NCBI RefSeq assembly: GCF_004010195.1
Contig: NC_057718.1
Location: 24,173,309 to 24,237,308 of the forward strand
Direction of reading: 5' to 3'
DNA: 64,000 bases
DNA from: Chiloscyllium plagiosum
Lineage: Eukaryota
The position numbers and the translations under genes were made by a program. The notes beneath the pieces are model-generated. The model had not been told where the DNA came from. It searched no databases and worked only from the letters and a program-made list of their open reading frames with translations. Below are positions 13,010-26,900 of this stretch, one piece after another (position 1 is the stretch's first letter; each line of letters begins with the position of its first letter).

Positions 13010-14930
13010 TGTTTGATCCTTTTATGAGTGAGAAAGGTTTCTCCCTATCTGCTCTGTCCTGACGAGTCATAATTGTGAAAACTTCTATCAGATCTCCTTT
13101 TAGCCACCTTCTCACCAAAAAAGACAGTCCCAACTTCTTTCATTTCGGAGGCTAGATTAAGTGTTGCATCCTGAACCATTGTTGTAAATCTCTTCTGTGC
13201 ACTCTCCAGTGCGTTCCCATCCATCCTGTAATGTGATGATCCAGAACTGTGCACGATAGCACCACAACACAAGTGTCTTTACAAGTTCAGCATCACCTCC
13301 TGGCTGTTGTGCTCTGTGCCTCCATTGATAAATCCCAGGATACTGACTGCTTTATTGACTGCTCTCTCCACCTATCCTACCATCTTCCACGATCTGTGCC
13401 TATATACACCATTTGGTCCCTCTTCTCTTGCAACCCCTTTTCGAATTTTACCTCATATTTTGTATTGTCTGACAATTATCTTCCTACCAAATTGCATCAC
13501 CTTTCACTTCTTGGCATTTGAGCTTTATCTGCCCGCTCCAACAACTATTCTGTTTTCTTGGAGTCTTACACTGTCTTCAGACTTTAGTGAATCCAGTTTT
13601 TGTATCACAAGCTTTGAAGTCGAACCCAAGATCTAGAACATTTTAATATGCATCAGGACAAGCAAGGATCATAATACTGACCCCTAGCAACTTCACTGCA
13701 AATGTTTATCTTGCCCAAAAGAAGTCCATTGGCCACTATTCTGTTTACTATTACTCAGCCAATTTTGTATCCGCATTGCTAATGTCAATTTTTATAACAT
13801 TGAATAACTTTCCTCTGTCTGTGTATGAAGCATCTTCCGAAGTCCATACACGCCATATGAACAACGTTGTCTTCATTGAACCTTTCCTGCTGACTTTTCA
13901 GAAAACTCCAACAAGTTTTAAGTTAAACACAATTACCCATTTTGAAACCCTTGTGGCTCTTCCGAAACATCCCATCACTTTCCATGTGACTATTACTTTT
14001 ATCCTGACTATGCTTCCCCTTCTCTGAAGTTAAATTGACTTAATGTATTTACTGGGCTTATTCTTGTCACCTTTTCTGAACATGATTCTACTGTTTTCAA
14101 TTCTCCACCCTCCTGGAACCTTCCCTGAGTCATGGGAAGATTAAAACCTTGATTAGTGCCCCTGCAATCTCAAATTTTCTTTCCTTAAATAAGCTTTTCA
14201 TGCATCTCATCTGTTCCCTGTATCATGTCAATGAAAGTCTATCCAACTTAACAGTTTTGAACTCTTCCAGTGAGAAAGCTGCTTCTTTTGTCACCAGGCC
14301 ACAGGTAACAGCTACCTCAGTGCTAAAGATCAGTGCAAAGTATTCATTTAACACCTTGACTGTACCTTTTGTCTCGTTGTGTAATTCCCTTTTTGTGGTC
14401 CTATTTGACCCTGCTCTCTCAACATCCTTTTGCTATAGATGCACCTGTAAGACAACTTAGTGATTGCCTATGTTAGCCTTCAGTCTTTTCTCATCTTGGC
14501 TCTTTTGTATTTTTGTAATGTGCTTTCTCACTTAGGGTCTGAATTTTGAGGTCCTCTTGGTTCACAATTGTACTAACCAATTCTGCTAACCTCTTGCTTT
14601 TCTTTTTTTCTGTCTTGAATACCTGATAGCCAGGAATATTTAACAGCCAGTCTTACCTTTTGAGCCAGGTCTCTGTTATCACTGCTACACCAAAATTCCA
14701 GTGGCAATGTGTCTGTAATTCTCTAACATTATCTGGTGTACTCCAAGTATTCATATACATGCACAGTTACCCTCATTTTGATATTTTATTTCCCTTTAAT
14801 CTGACTTCGCCTGCTGATTTTCTATTGTCTTTGCTGTGCCAGTCGCATTTCTTAGTGTTTTGTGAACTCTGGTTGCCTTCTCTACTCTTCTCCCGTGGCA
14901 GGAGTTTAGGAACCAAGTTAGTTTAAAACC
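13010..14930 (-). mobile_element. Highly decayed CR1 LINE fragments
   Basis: ORFs 12885-13133 (RRWLKGDLIEVFTIM) and 13045-13272 (ALESAQKRFTTMV) are CR1 ORF2 C-terminal motifs; decayed RT-like sequence continues to about 14900. Confidence 0.6.
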
Positions 14931-16219
14931 TTTCCAAAAGCATTAACAAAATGCCCTACAAGGAACTCAGTCCTACCTCTATTCAGGTGCATCCAGTCCA
15001 GCTTACATAGGTACCATCTACCCCAGAGTCATTTCTAGTCTCCCAGGAATCTCTCCTGCACTATGTTTCCAGCTGTTCATTCTTCAGCATTATCCTCCCG
15101 TTTCTCTACTCGATTGCACTAATGATATTTAAACTTGAGGATCGAGAAGAGGTGGTAGAGCGAGAGAGCTGGCATCATTTCCATGCATACATGTTGCAAG
15201 ATTAAATGTTGATTAGGAAAAGGTTTCTGAAGGACTCAGGACAATGCTAAAAGTGAGAGAGTTGGGAGAAGATAAAGTGGGTAGAGATTATAATTCTGTT
15301 ACTATAGGTGCAGTGAGAGATGAAGAGAAGGTAACGGAAGATAAGTTTTGCATTTTGTGCACCAACTGAGATTGGGTGGGAAACGGAGTGTAATGAGGAA
15401 GGTGAGCAATTTGATACACAGTGGTTAAAGGTAGAGAGAAGGGAGGGAGGAAAGACATAAGTCGGTGGGTGTATTGTGAGGCTGTAATAAGGGTTTAAAT
15501 AAAAACAAGAAATCAAGACCTGACTTGGAGTTGAGAATCATTGGTAATGTGCATTGTTCAGTGTTGATTCAAGAATGATCCTTATTAAAAATACTGAATC
15601 CAGTTGATTTGAGTCAATCAAATGAAACAAAAGAAACATTAATTATTCATGCACAGAATTATTGTAAATAGTTGTTGGACTTAAAAACAAAGCAAAGTTT
15701 TATACCCTGGCTATATTTTGCTTCCTTTAATCTACCTGAAAGATTTACAATATATGAAAATTCTTCAGTGTCCTTTTAACAATGAAGTTAAATAACAAGC
15801 ACATAATAAAATGCAGAAAATCAGGTCAGTACATCAGGCCAATTTCCTGACTTTCCAAAATCTATTGCCCATCCTAAAACAGTAATTCTGCCATTGTTCT
15901 TCATATTTAAGTTGTTTTGGTGTTGAGGTAATGTTAATCTGTTGAGTAAAACCTTTCAAGTACTTTGCACATTGATGCTCTAATTTGATAGCTGTTACAT
16001 GACTAAGACCATGTTTCAATTTAGTCTCACCTCCACACCAATTTCCAACTTGAAAGGTAGTCTTGAACAACATGCCCCACTCCTCTTCCCATGCAGCAGT
16101 TTGCAAATTAAATTCCCCCTTTTATCGAATGGCTACAGTATAATAGGAACCATTCAGACCACTATGTCTCTTGTCAGCTGTGTGTGATAGCAAATCAGTT
16201 GTCTTTTCCCTATAGGCTT

Positions 16220-17740
16220 TGTGATGAAAGGCCTCCTTTTTAAATCTATTTCGCAATCTGTGAATAATATATTCAGCTCCAAAGGTTTGCTGGAGTCAGT
16301 TGCAAAGTGTTAGCTGCGCTCCTTACTGCCTAGCAATAAGGCTGAAACGTGTTGCAAGTTCTCAATAGATCACTCAGAACAAGTCAAGGATTATTTTAGG
16401 CACTTGGGCAGAGACATTAAGGAGATAAACTTGCTCCCTTTGGGCTTCTAGTCAGCTACATAAGAGCAGATTGAAAAAACTGCACCTAAAAAGGTGTTTT
16501 AACCAACTTTGAGCTGTTAAGGTTCAAAAGTCTGGGGCTCCAAGAGGTGCAAGCTAAGTCTTAAGATGGGCTCAAAGAAAGGGTAGGAGGCAACTCAGAA
16601 GAAGCCTTGTGCCATTGCTGATACTTCATGGTTGAAAAGGTGAAGGAAGCCCGCAAGCTGTGTTTGCTTTGTGCACTTGAGCAAGAGAAATGAAGGGCAG
16701 TCCTAGCTTGGTGAAACTAGCTTGAGAGAAAAGTTGCATTTGTGCCTCTGGTAGTTGCTAATGTGTAGTTTCCAGAATCTAGGGGGAGCACAAACCTGAC
16801 TGGAGAGTGAACTGCCAGAATCTGAGCCCTCATTGAAGCAGTCTTGATTGATGGCTTTTTAGGGAGTACCAAAGCGAGATCCTCAAAAGAGAAGAAATGT
16901 TCATTCATTTTTAATGTGGTTTAACATCAGAGATGATGCCAAGAAATTGTGGGAACTGTCTTGACAGCCTTTGCTATTTGATGTGATCCTTTGTGTTCAA
17001 CCACAGTTTTGTATATTACCAATATTTATCTCTGGTTAATTCTGGAGAGAACTCATTTTTATATATAGGTTGTGTTACTGTTGTAACTTCACCAAGTTTG
17101 TTGTTTGTTCAAAATCTTGGAATCTTGTGGCTTTATTCTCTTAATGAATAGATGGGATCTCACAATTTGTCAACTTCACATGTAAAAAAAAATTACTATT
17201 CTTTAGTCAAATCGTGAAGTTAAATTTGGTAGTGTGATCTTGTTCATAATTTGTGGGTTATTGTGGGATTTGAAATCCACAAACAAATACAAATGCTAGG
17301 ACTTGGAAAGTTTCAGATTTTCATGCTGAATTGTACTATTAAGAGAACTAAAATGGCTTTTTCAACTGCTATGACTTTGTTGGTGAGAGAGAATTTATCC
17401 CCGAGTAATTTGCAAGAACTGATGGAGTATACTTTAATAACGTTAGCAGAAAAGTTGAGTTAGAATTAAAAGCAAGGTCTAATTAGTAGCTGTAGTTGAG
17501 GTGATAACACAGCATCTGGAATTCGAGGAAGAGTCTCACACCACTGAAACTTCACTTTAGCTGGCTTGAAATAAGCTGCGGATGAAGCAGCTTGTAATGG
17601 AAAAGTAGGAAAAAAAGTGCCAGAACTTGAACTTACAAGAGAAAGGCAAATGTTTGGACTTGACCTCCAGAGTGAGAGAGAAATTGACATCAGAGGAAAG
17701 AGAATTGGCGAAAGAAAAGTTAACTTGAGTGACTTAAATA
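16220..17740 (+). mobile_element. Possible degenerate LTR retrotransposon 5' end (LTR, PBS-like site, gag start)
   Basis: TG start (tgtgatgaaagg at 16220); 17252-17269 matches the tRNA-Pro PBS TGGGGGCTCGTCCGGGAT at 12 of 18 positions; ATG at 17353 gives MAFSTAMTLLVRENLSPSNLQELMEYTLITLAEKL, followed by E/R-rich sequence. Confidence 0.4.
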
Positions 17741-18724
17741 GAGTCAGTAGGCACCGTTAGTACAGAGAATAGAAAACAATGTTTTCATTGGGATTAGCCA
17801 TTTAAGTCCCTTAAAATGACTTTACCATTTGTTTTGTTTATAGCTGGTCTATACTATGCCTGAACTCCATTTTTCCTGACTTTAACCCTAAACTTTTTAG
17901 TATTTGTGCCTGAATCGATCTTCACCTATGAACAATCTAATTGTGTAAGCATCCACAGCTATTTAGTGTGTTCCAGATTTTTGCAAACTTTTTGGTGGGG
18001 GTGGATTGGGAAGCGGTGCTGAGTGGGTGAGAGGAATTCTTGAAGGCCTAACTATGATTTGTTCTTGATTTCCTACATCTGAAAAGTCTTTTTACCCTAT
18101 CGAATCCTCTGCTATCACCCTCAATTTTCTATCTCGATGAATTATGTTGGTGGTAAAAATGATCAGATACGAAGACCTTTTGTGGACTGAAATGGGTTTA
18201 AATATTAACATGCTGTTTTTGTTAATTCAGGTTAAATTGGTTCCTTTTTAAAACCATACCCTTCTCCCAGACCCAAATTAAGTTAAACAGAAAGGAAGGG
18301 CTTATTTTTTAAACTAGTCACCTTGTGACCAGCTGAGAGACAGGTGAAAATCAAGGGGAGTCAACCTTCCTCACCTGGGAGCTGAAAGGTTTGAGTATCC
18401 CATCAGCAGCTGAAACAAATTGGGGAACCTCACCAGTGAACTGGTCACAACAATTTCAGACAACCACTTATAGGGTAGAGAAGAGGAATGAAAATGGATC
18501 CATAACAGCAAAACTATAAGGCTTGCTAACCCTCTCCCTCTGCTTTCTCTCTATCTCATACCTGGTTAAAAAGCAAATCAGAGACACATCAGTCACTCAT
18601 GTCCAAATGTCGTCACTGTTGAGGATACAGTCATGAATTAAACAACTCTGGTCTCAGTTTGAAACTAATGTCACAAGAACACAAAGGGGCTTTTTAACTG
18701 CACAAACGTTTGTGTGGGTGAAGG

Positions 18725-19885
18725 GCAGCTCCATAAGGATCGTTTGAGGACTTTGGGTCTGTATTCAGTGGGGTTTAGAAGGATGAGGAGGGTGTCTGAT
18801 TAGAATTTACAGGATACTGAAAGGCTTGGACAGAGTGGATGTGAAGAGTATGTTTCAAATTGTCGGAGAGACTAGGACCAGAGACCATAGCCTCAGAGTA
18901 AAGGGGAGATCTTTTGGAACTGTGATAAGGAGGAATTCCTTCAGCCAGAGGGTGGTTAATCTGTGGGACTCATTGTTGCAGAAGGTTGTGGAAATCAAGT
19001 CATTGTGTTTATTTAAGACAAAGATAATTTCTTGATTATTCAGAGGATCGAAGGTTACGATGAGAAGATAGGAGAGTGGGGTTGGGAAACATATTAGCCA
19101 TGATGAAGTGGTGGAGCAGACTGTCATGAAGATGTTGGTGTAACTTTTAAAAGAATTAAAAGCGGCAGAACTACCGGACCCAGCGCCAAGTGTATTCAAA
19201 AATGTGGTAATGTAACACTGGGTCAAGCCACTCGATTAGCTCATTGCTTGGAGACAAAAACAAGTTTGAATTTGGTCAATCAGTTTAAATTATACCCAAA
19301 ACATAACAAACTCCAATCAAGTTTGAATTGAGTATATTGCCAATCTTAAAAGCCAATGGCACAATCCGATGCTCTGGAGTATAGGACTGGGAAAATTGAA
19401 CAGTTGAGAGGAGAACTGCCACGACCCAGTGTGTAAGCAGACTGCTTGAAAATAGCTCTCTCTCAAAAGTACCTTTCCAATCAGTAACTTGTGACGCAGA
19501 AATTCCTAACAAGGAGAAAAGAAGACACAGTAAGTTCCAAAGAGAAGAACTTACAGCTGCCTCGTTTTAAGATAAGTGTTGTTTTGTAAATCTTAATTGG
19601 GAGTTTTATTGGACTAGTATTGTAGAAGGAAAGGGAAAAGATAGGTTAGGGAAAGAAATTGTAAATAGTGGTTAATTAAGTATTCTCTGTTATACTTTAA
19701 GAAATAAATAAAGTTGTTAATTTTTACTTTATGTAGTTCTTGGCCACTCAAATGTTTATAGATTACTGCACAGGATAAATCTTTTCTGTGTTGCTGGTTT
19801 TAAACTAAGCAGGAGGGTTTACCCCATGTCGTAACAAGACTCAGTGGACGAAATGGCCTAAGTCTTCTCCGATGTCTTATAGTCA
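18725..19885 (+). mobile_element. CR1 LINE 3' end interrupted by a solo LTR
   Basis: ORF 18826-19035 ETRTRDHSLRVKG..RNSFSQRVVNLWDSL. The tail gtggagcagac|tcagtggacgaaatggccta is split at 19121/19837. Confidence 0.85.
19122..19836 (+). mobile_element. Solo LTR, 715 bp
   Basis: Begins TGTCATGA and ends TCGTAACA (TG...CA, imperfect inverted termini); 4-bp TSD AGAC at 19118-19121 and 19837-19840; AATAAA near 19703. Confidence 0.85.
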
Positions 19886-21027
19886 AACAATTAGACTGAT
19901 TTTTTTCCTGATTTTTTTTTTAAACTAGATACTCACTCACCTGTTTAAAATTTTATACCTGTATTTGTGAACATGCTTGTTGCCATATATTTCTAGATTA
20001 GTTTTAAATTTTAAAAAATCTTTTGCTAAAGGAAACCTTTTAATTGGCTTCTTAATTTTGACGAGTGCTGTGTTTTAATTTAAATTTAATTCATTTTGTG
20101 GTCAAAAAAATTTAACATCTTTGCAGCCGATCATGGGGTTTAAAAAGACAGGATCTGATTCTGTCTTCCCACATCTGTTTGTAACAAAATAAGCCAAATT
20201 TATTCAACCTGTCCTTGTAATTTAACCCTGTGGGCCCAACATTATTCCATTTGACTTTGAGATTCAGTTCCTCAAAAGCCATATTTTGCTCAGGTGCTGT
20301 TGCCAAAAGTGAATTTGTACCCACAGATAGGTTTTAATCAAGACTCTACAACTGAAGCATCAAGTATCACTTTGATATTTCAACTCCTTCAAGAAAAAGC
20401 TAAGTGTGCTTAGCTTTTCTTTTGCTGTTCTGTTTGGCACCACTGAGTTTTAAATAGAATCATAGAATGTTTACAGTACAGAAGGCAGACGTTGAGTCCA
20501 TCATGTCCACGTCTACTGTCTGAGAGTAGCTAAGATAATTTTATTCTCCTGTCTTTACGTGTCGCAAGCTTTTCTTTTCAGACAATTTTTATGCCCCCCC
20601 CCCCCCACCCTTGAAAGTCACAGTTGCATCTGCCTCCTCCACACTTAATTACTCATTCCAAATCTTTAACCTCGCTTTGTGTAAAATTGAATGATTATGG
20701 TCAGTGCATTTAGGATTTTCTCCTTTATTTCTTTTAATATCTCAGCAATAATTTATGTATTTAGTTTTCCAATCTCTTTGCACCTCCACAGTTACACTGT
20801 ATTAAATATATATTCAAATTGCTCTCTTGGTCCAAAGTTATTCACTTTGTTTTCCTGCTTAGAACATAGTTGCTGTAGTTTAGACAACTCATTTAATCTG
20901 TCTGTCTCCTTCTTTATGCTTTGTTTCAGTGTCTAAAAGATTTATTTAGGTTGCTAGCAGTGCTTTTCTTTTAAGGGGGAGAGACCATAAAGAATAAGGA
21001 AGTGCATATATATCAATCAGGAGAGTT

Positions 21028-21225
21028 TTTATTCGTTCACTGGAAGTGGGCATCACTGGCTAGCTCAGCATTTCTTGCCTAGAGGGTAGTTAAGACTCGA
21101 CCATAATGCTTTGCATATGAAGTTACATGTAGGCAAGACTGGGTAAGGACAGCAATTTCTTCACTAAAGGTCATTTGTGAACCAAATGGGGTTTTCCCAA
21201 AATTGGCAATGGTTTTATCGTTCGA
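21028..21225 (-). mobile_element. Deu-domain type SINE fragment
   Basis: gggtaaggacagcaatttcttcactaaaggtcatttgtgaaccaaatggggttttccc resembles the DeuSINE core as I recall it; shares its 3' tail with the LINE at 4308. Confidence 0.5.
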
Positions 21226-21227
21226 TT

Positions 21228-21895
21228 CTTACCTGCACTTCTCACAGTCTAATCTACTGCGTTCACTGCTCACAATGTGGTCTTCACACTGGGGAAACAA
21301 AGCATAGACTGGGTGACTGCTTTGCAGAACACCTATAATCTCCCTGCAAAAAAAAAAGACCTTGACCTTACAGTTGCCTGCCACTTTAACACACCGCCAT
21401 GTTCCCTGGCGAACATCTGTCTCAGGCTTGCTGCAGCGCTCCAGCAAAGCTCAGCGCAAGCTGGAAGAACAGCATCTCATTTTCCATTGCAGCCCTCTGG
21501 ACTCAATATAGAGTTCAGTAACTGTAGGGCCTGAACTCTCCCATGTCCTAGCACTCTACAGCACATGCCAAGCCTTTTTATCACATAGCCTGCCATTACA
21601 TACTACCTATTGTTAGCCACTAGCAGTCTCCATTAACAGCTATTCACCCTCCCAGCCGGATCGTTATCCACTCTTTTGTCTGTCCAACTGTTCTTCTCTC
21701 TCTTTGGGCTCTATCCCTACCTACAGTTTACCCCTTACTCTCTGCCCCACCCGACCCTCTGCAAATAAACGGACATTTTCCGAGGTACTGGCAGTTCTGA
21801 GGAAGGGTCACCAGATCAGAAACATTAACTCTGATTTCTGTTCATAGATGCTGCCTGACTTGCTGAGCTTTTCCAGCAACTTCTGTTCTTCTTTG
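21228..21895 (+). mobile_element. Degenerate PLE 3' end with an HHR-like motif
   Basis: ORF 21277-21534 ..DLTVACHFNTPPCS..LQPSGLNIEFS resembles the PLE at 28441. CTGAGGA at 21797-21803 and GAAACATT at 21819-21826, with a weakened stem II. Confidence 0.7.
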
Positions 21896-23618
21896 TGTGA
21901 GGTAACTACTATTTAAGCATGGGTCAGTTCTAATCCCCTTGAAAAATACTCACCAATAAAAGACTAGTTCATCTTAAAGAAGATGTGAATCACTGAAACA
22001 GTGGATCCAAGAGCTTTGCAGACTAAATAATGGCATAATTGGGCCAATATATTATTGTCTACAAGCACTTACTGGATTTTCTTAAAAGTTTGCAAGTGGT
22101 TGAATAGATCAACCGAAAACCATTTGTTTTATATTTCTAATAAAACCAAGAATTGCAGATGCTGAAAGTGTGAAACAAAAGCTGAACTTGCTGGAGAATC
22201 TCAGCAGGTCTGCCAGCATCTGGAGAGAAAGCAAAGTTGACATTGACTCTGGTGACACTCCTTCAGAAGGTTCTGTACTATTTGAAAAATCTCCGTAGAA
22301 AAGTGCAGCACTATTAGATTAGAGTTGCTAACCCACTCCTTGGGAGATCCAAGATATATGTTGTATATGGCCAAATATGCTATTTTTGAGTTGCTTGTAA
22401 TATCTTAATTCATCTGTCACAGAACCTGTAACAAAAAGCATCTAAAGTTCACTCTATTGTGTTAAGGCTCGATCTCATCAATCAAAGGCATATGCTGCAC
22501 ATTGTCCTTAGTTAGGTTTGTCTGAAGCTTAATTATTTCCTTCAAACAAAAGTAAATTTTCACCATAGTTTTAAAGAACTAAATTAAAGCTTCCGCTTAA
22601 TTTTAAATGCCTCAGTTACTTTTAATTGAGCCTATCCTTCTCAAAGATATTCCTAGAAGATGCTCCCATTGTAAATGTAAATATGTTAGAGTTCTGAATT
22701 CCTTGTTGGCCTCCTAGTTTGGGTAAGACTTAAATGTCCTTGAGAGTTCTAATGTTTATCAAGTGGATTGCAGACCAGGATCACATTTGCTGTTCAGTCT
22801 CAAATGAATTGATTGTGTTATATCTGGCCTGTGTACAAATAAGGTTGGAAGGAGAAAGTTATTTTGGGTTCATATTTGTATTTCTCTGTTCTGGATGTGC
22901 ATGGCAGTTCAGTTATGACTAAGATTGGGTAGCCTGTTGACAACATTCTATCAATTCTTCACTGCAACATCAACTTAGATTATGTTCAAGTTTCTAGAAT
23001 AGCGTTCAAACCCATTATTTTCTTGCTCAGAGACAAATGCAGTATCCTAGAGTCAGATCAAACACTATTCTGAATGACCAAAGAGTTTCATTTCCACTTT
23101 GTGGAGATCATTCAAAGTGATGTTCACATTGTGTTAAGCAGTTGCTTCTGTCATCTGTTCATCAAATTGTCTTTCATCAGTTTTTGTTGATACAAATAAG
23201 GTGTGAGAAGGCCATTGGTCCAGTGGTTGTATCAGTGGGGAGTTGACAGCTTCGAGGGAGCAGTCGAGGAGTAATGGTTGATAATTTTATCACACAATCT
23301 GCTTTTTGACTAATTTTAACCAATGGAGTGATTTGTCTCCTCAAGTGATAACCAAAGCGATTGCATTGGAGAAACATCACAAAACAAATTTACATGTTTG
23401 GAAGATGATTTCCACTTATTAGGTTTAAGTTACATGAGAACTCACCAGCTCCTCACGAACGCCATTTTTTTTTTACTGTACTTTTTTTACACATTTCGCA
23501 ATTAAAGAATTCTGAGTTATTTAGTCTTGGATGTTGGTGAATGAGAGGTGATCTTTCACCAAGTATGAGACTGTAAATATCAGAGCTAAGGTAACTCGAA
23601 AACAATATGCTGGTTGAA

Positions 23619-23953
23619 GGGCGGCATGTTGGCTTAGTGGTTAGTGCTACTGTCTCACAGCACCAGGGACCTGGATTCAGTTCCACCCTCGGGTGACTGT
23701 CTATGTGGAGATTACACATTCTCCTAGTGTCTGCATATGTTTCCTCTGGGTGCTCCAGTTTGATCCCATAGTCCAAAGATGTGTAGGTTAGTTGGATTAG
23801 CCATAGTGTCTGGGCATGTGTAGGTTAAGTGATTAACCACGGGGAAGGCAGGGTTACCGGAATAGGGTCGGAGGTGGTTCTGGATGGGGTATTCTTCAGA
23901 GGGTCAGTGTGGGCTCGATGGGCCGAATGGCCTGCTTCAACACTCTGGATTCT
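23619..23953 (+). mobile_element. HE1/V-SINE-like tRNA-derived SINE
   Basis: A-box tggcttagtgg, B-box ggattcagttcc, core tgtggagattacacattctcc..gtttcctctgggtgctccagttt, CR1-like tail. Confidence 0.85.
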
Positions 23954-26900
23954 AAAAACAATAACTAATGACAGGACCACTTGAGGCCAATGTTAGCCAG
24001 AGATGTTTGATCTAAAGAACAGTCAAAGTTTGGAAAAATCTTTCAGCAAGAGTAGCAAAAGTGGAATAGTTAAACTTATTCAAAGTGTTTTCAAATGTGC
24101 ATGCCTTGCCTCAGTTGTTGCATTATTGTTTCTCAATGAGTAGCTTTTGAGGTGTATTTTCAAAACTTGCACAATATAAATACAACCATTTCTATGGTTA
24201 TGAACTGCTTTAATCACAAGTAATATGGTTTCATTAAATTATGCTTCGACTTTCTTTTTGCTGAGTTTAGTGTTCGCTTTCCATTTACAAGCAGTCAACA
24301 GAACCTTCTTAAACCTGAGTTTTACAAAGTAATTCTTACTTTCAGCTGAATCATTGGGGACTGACTGAGGTCAGTTTATTTGAGGTGAGGGCAAAGCTTT
24401 GATCCAATGAAAAGGAAGTTTTTTTTTAACCTTAATGTGGCAGCGTCTGTTCTGGAAAACTTGTCAGAGCAAGGGGCACTTGATCTATCCCATGAAACCT
24501 ACCCCACTCCTCTTCTCAGTTGATGCTAGCCTTGTTGGCGGTGCTTTTTTTGGATCCAAGCTTAGCAAGGTCAGATCATAGTCCCGGCCAGTCGTGAAGC
24601 AGTATCTGGGACAATGATACATTAACAAAAAAGCAGTTTAATCAGTGACTCTTTGTTTAGAGTGTCCCTCACTGTCTGCAATATACATTAGTGCGTAATG
24701 TGCCTTTATTTCTGCTATTTTACTTTTTGTGATCATGTTATTTGGCAGGCTTGTCCAAAATCCTCTTGCCTTGTTTCTTTTTCACAGTCCAAACCTTCAT
24801 TTAACAAAAAAAAGTTTTAAATTCCCATCTATCCCATACAACCAGCCTTCTCTTTCACCCCCCCCCCCCCCCCAAACTCCATTTCATATTATGTCTACTT
24901 TTCCTGCCTTGCTAGGCATTCAGTATATTTTCTTTTATGAAGTACACTACATAAGGGCAAGGTGTGGATGTTGAAACGAGTGATCCTGTAATTCTATACT
25001 TGGCTTTTTGGCAATGCTTATTTTTGTAACAGTTCAGCAAACGTGTTTTTTTTAGCACTGAGCAGGGGTTTTTTCTTCAATTCAAGACCTTTTAAAACTT
25101 TGTTCAGTTTTTGTTATCCTGAACTGCTTTTGTTTGTGATGACTGACTGACTGTTAATCAGCTGAAAGCCTATGGTATATTTTAACCGTGCATCTGACTA
25201 AACCCGTACAGCGTTAATGTGATTCAGTCTACAGTTCATTCTTTGCTGGAGCTAAACACATGTCTTTTGAACTGCTGAGAACTTCCACAGAGTTTGCTGT
25301 GCTGCTCTTGGAAGCGGGAATTTTCAACCTAACAATATTGAAGCTTTTTTTAAAAAATCCACACAGCCACAGAACAACACACCAACCATTGCATGCAATT
25401 TCAAAATACCATGTCCTGAAATTGCCAGCCACTTGAATGCCCAATGGAAAGTTAATTTAATTTAGTTGTGGTAGTTCTCACCAAATTAGCTGTTTTGGAA
25501 AAATTTTACAGCAAGGGACTGCATCTGAAGTGAAAACAGACCATTCTGGAAAGACTGCCTAAGTCAGGCAGTAATAGTGGAGAAGGGAAAACTGGGTTAA
25601 TGCATCAGGGTAGCTGACCCTTTTTTTTTTTTTGCTTGATTTGGTCGATTTGATGAATGATTGACTTTTATAAGGAGTGATGGAGCCAGGGAAAATGGTT
25701 CTTAGGGCAATGATCTTCGACAGGTACATGATCGTGAGCTGTTTTACACTTCTGGAAGATGGATAGGGGGTGGTGATGGATCGGGGGTGGTGAGTGGTGC
25801 CCACTAACCATTTCCTTAGAACATTCTGGAATTCTTTCACTCTTCTCATTTCCCCAATCTTGCATTCCCATTTTCTGCTGCAAGGTTTACACATCTTTTT
25901 ATTTCAATGGTAAATGTCTTTTTTAATCTTGCACCTTTATCCCTTTGTTCATTTAATAATTTCTGTTCTCCACATAGTCACAAATTGTCTGTTTTATTAT
26001 TCTCCTCCTTTCCCACATTATTTTCTTCTCAAAACTGTCAGAAATGTAATTGAGAATGCAATCAGTAGGAATTTTCAATGCAGTTATCTATTTGACACTT
26101 CCTTTTAATTTTTCCAGATGAAACTTTTTGTCCAGTTAAAGTCTGCAAAAACTTTTGCAAATTTGCCTAGTCTTCAGCATTGGAAAGTAAACTGAGATGT
26201 AGAGTCTGATTATCTTTTAATGTGTGCACATCCACGTTAAGGCGAGAATGTTATTGCTGTGGGATAGAACATCATTTCACTTCCAGCAGGAGTATTAATG
26301 CACTTTCTGATGTAAAGTGCTAAAGTCTGCAGCGTGTGGCACAGACTTCGGATTTTCCAAATTCAATTCACGCAAGATCTTTGGAACCTTCCAAGATCGA
26401 GACTTCATCCTATAGGTCTGAATTTGAGGCTGGACCTCCGAAACGAGCAAATGATAAGAAATGCTGGACATTGGGAAATGTTGCTTTTTTAAAAAAAAAA
26501 GTTTAATTTGAAGAGTCCTATCTACAATGCAGTGAGTGGTTTACCACATTGCTCATGATTCTTATTCAGTGAGGATCCCTTGACCCTTGTTTGCTTTGAA
26601 GTGCACCAGATAGTTTCACTTTTGAGACGATTGCCAGCATAGTGAAGAGTTTGACAATTTTAGGATCTGAATTGTCTGCCAACAAATAAGATTGGCTTTT
26701 CAAAGTGATATCACGGCAGAAATGCATTATATTGAAACATCGCAAAAGATGGTTTGAAAAAGGTGATTTTGGGATTTATTTGAATTGTGCAGCAGTTTGA
26801 ATAAATATCTTGTGAATTCTAGTGCCTTTTAAGTCCCTTTCTGAGCACACATGAAGGGGCTGATATCTGGGGAGGGTGGGGGAATAGGACATTAGAGGCA

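Noticed and set aside
23619..23690. tRNA-like sequences with A and B boxes (also 36640-36708, 41664-41730, 55380-55446)
   Set aside because: These are SINE heads followed by SINE core and tail, with no complete cloverleaf.
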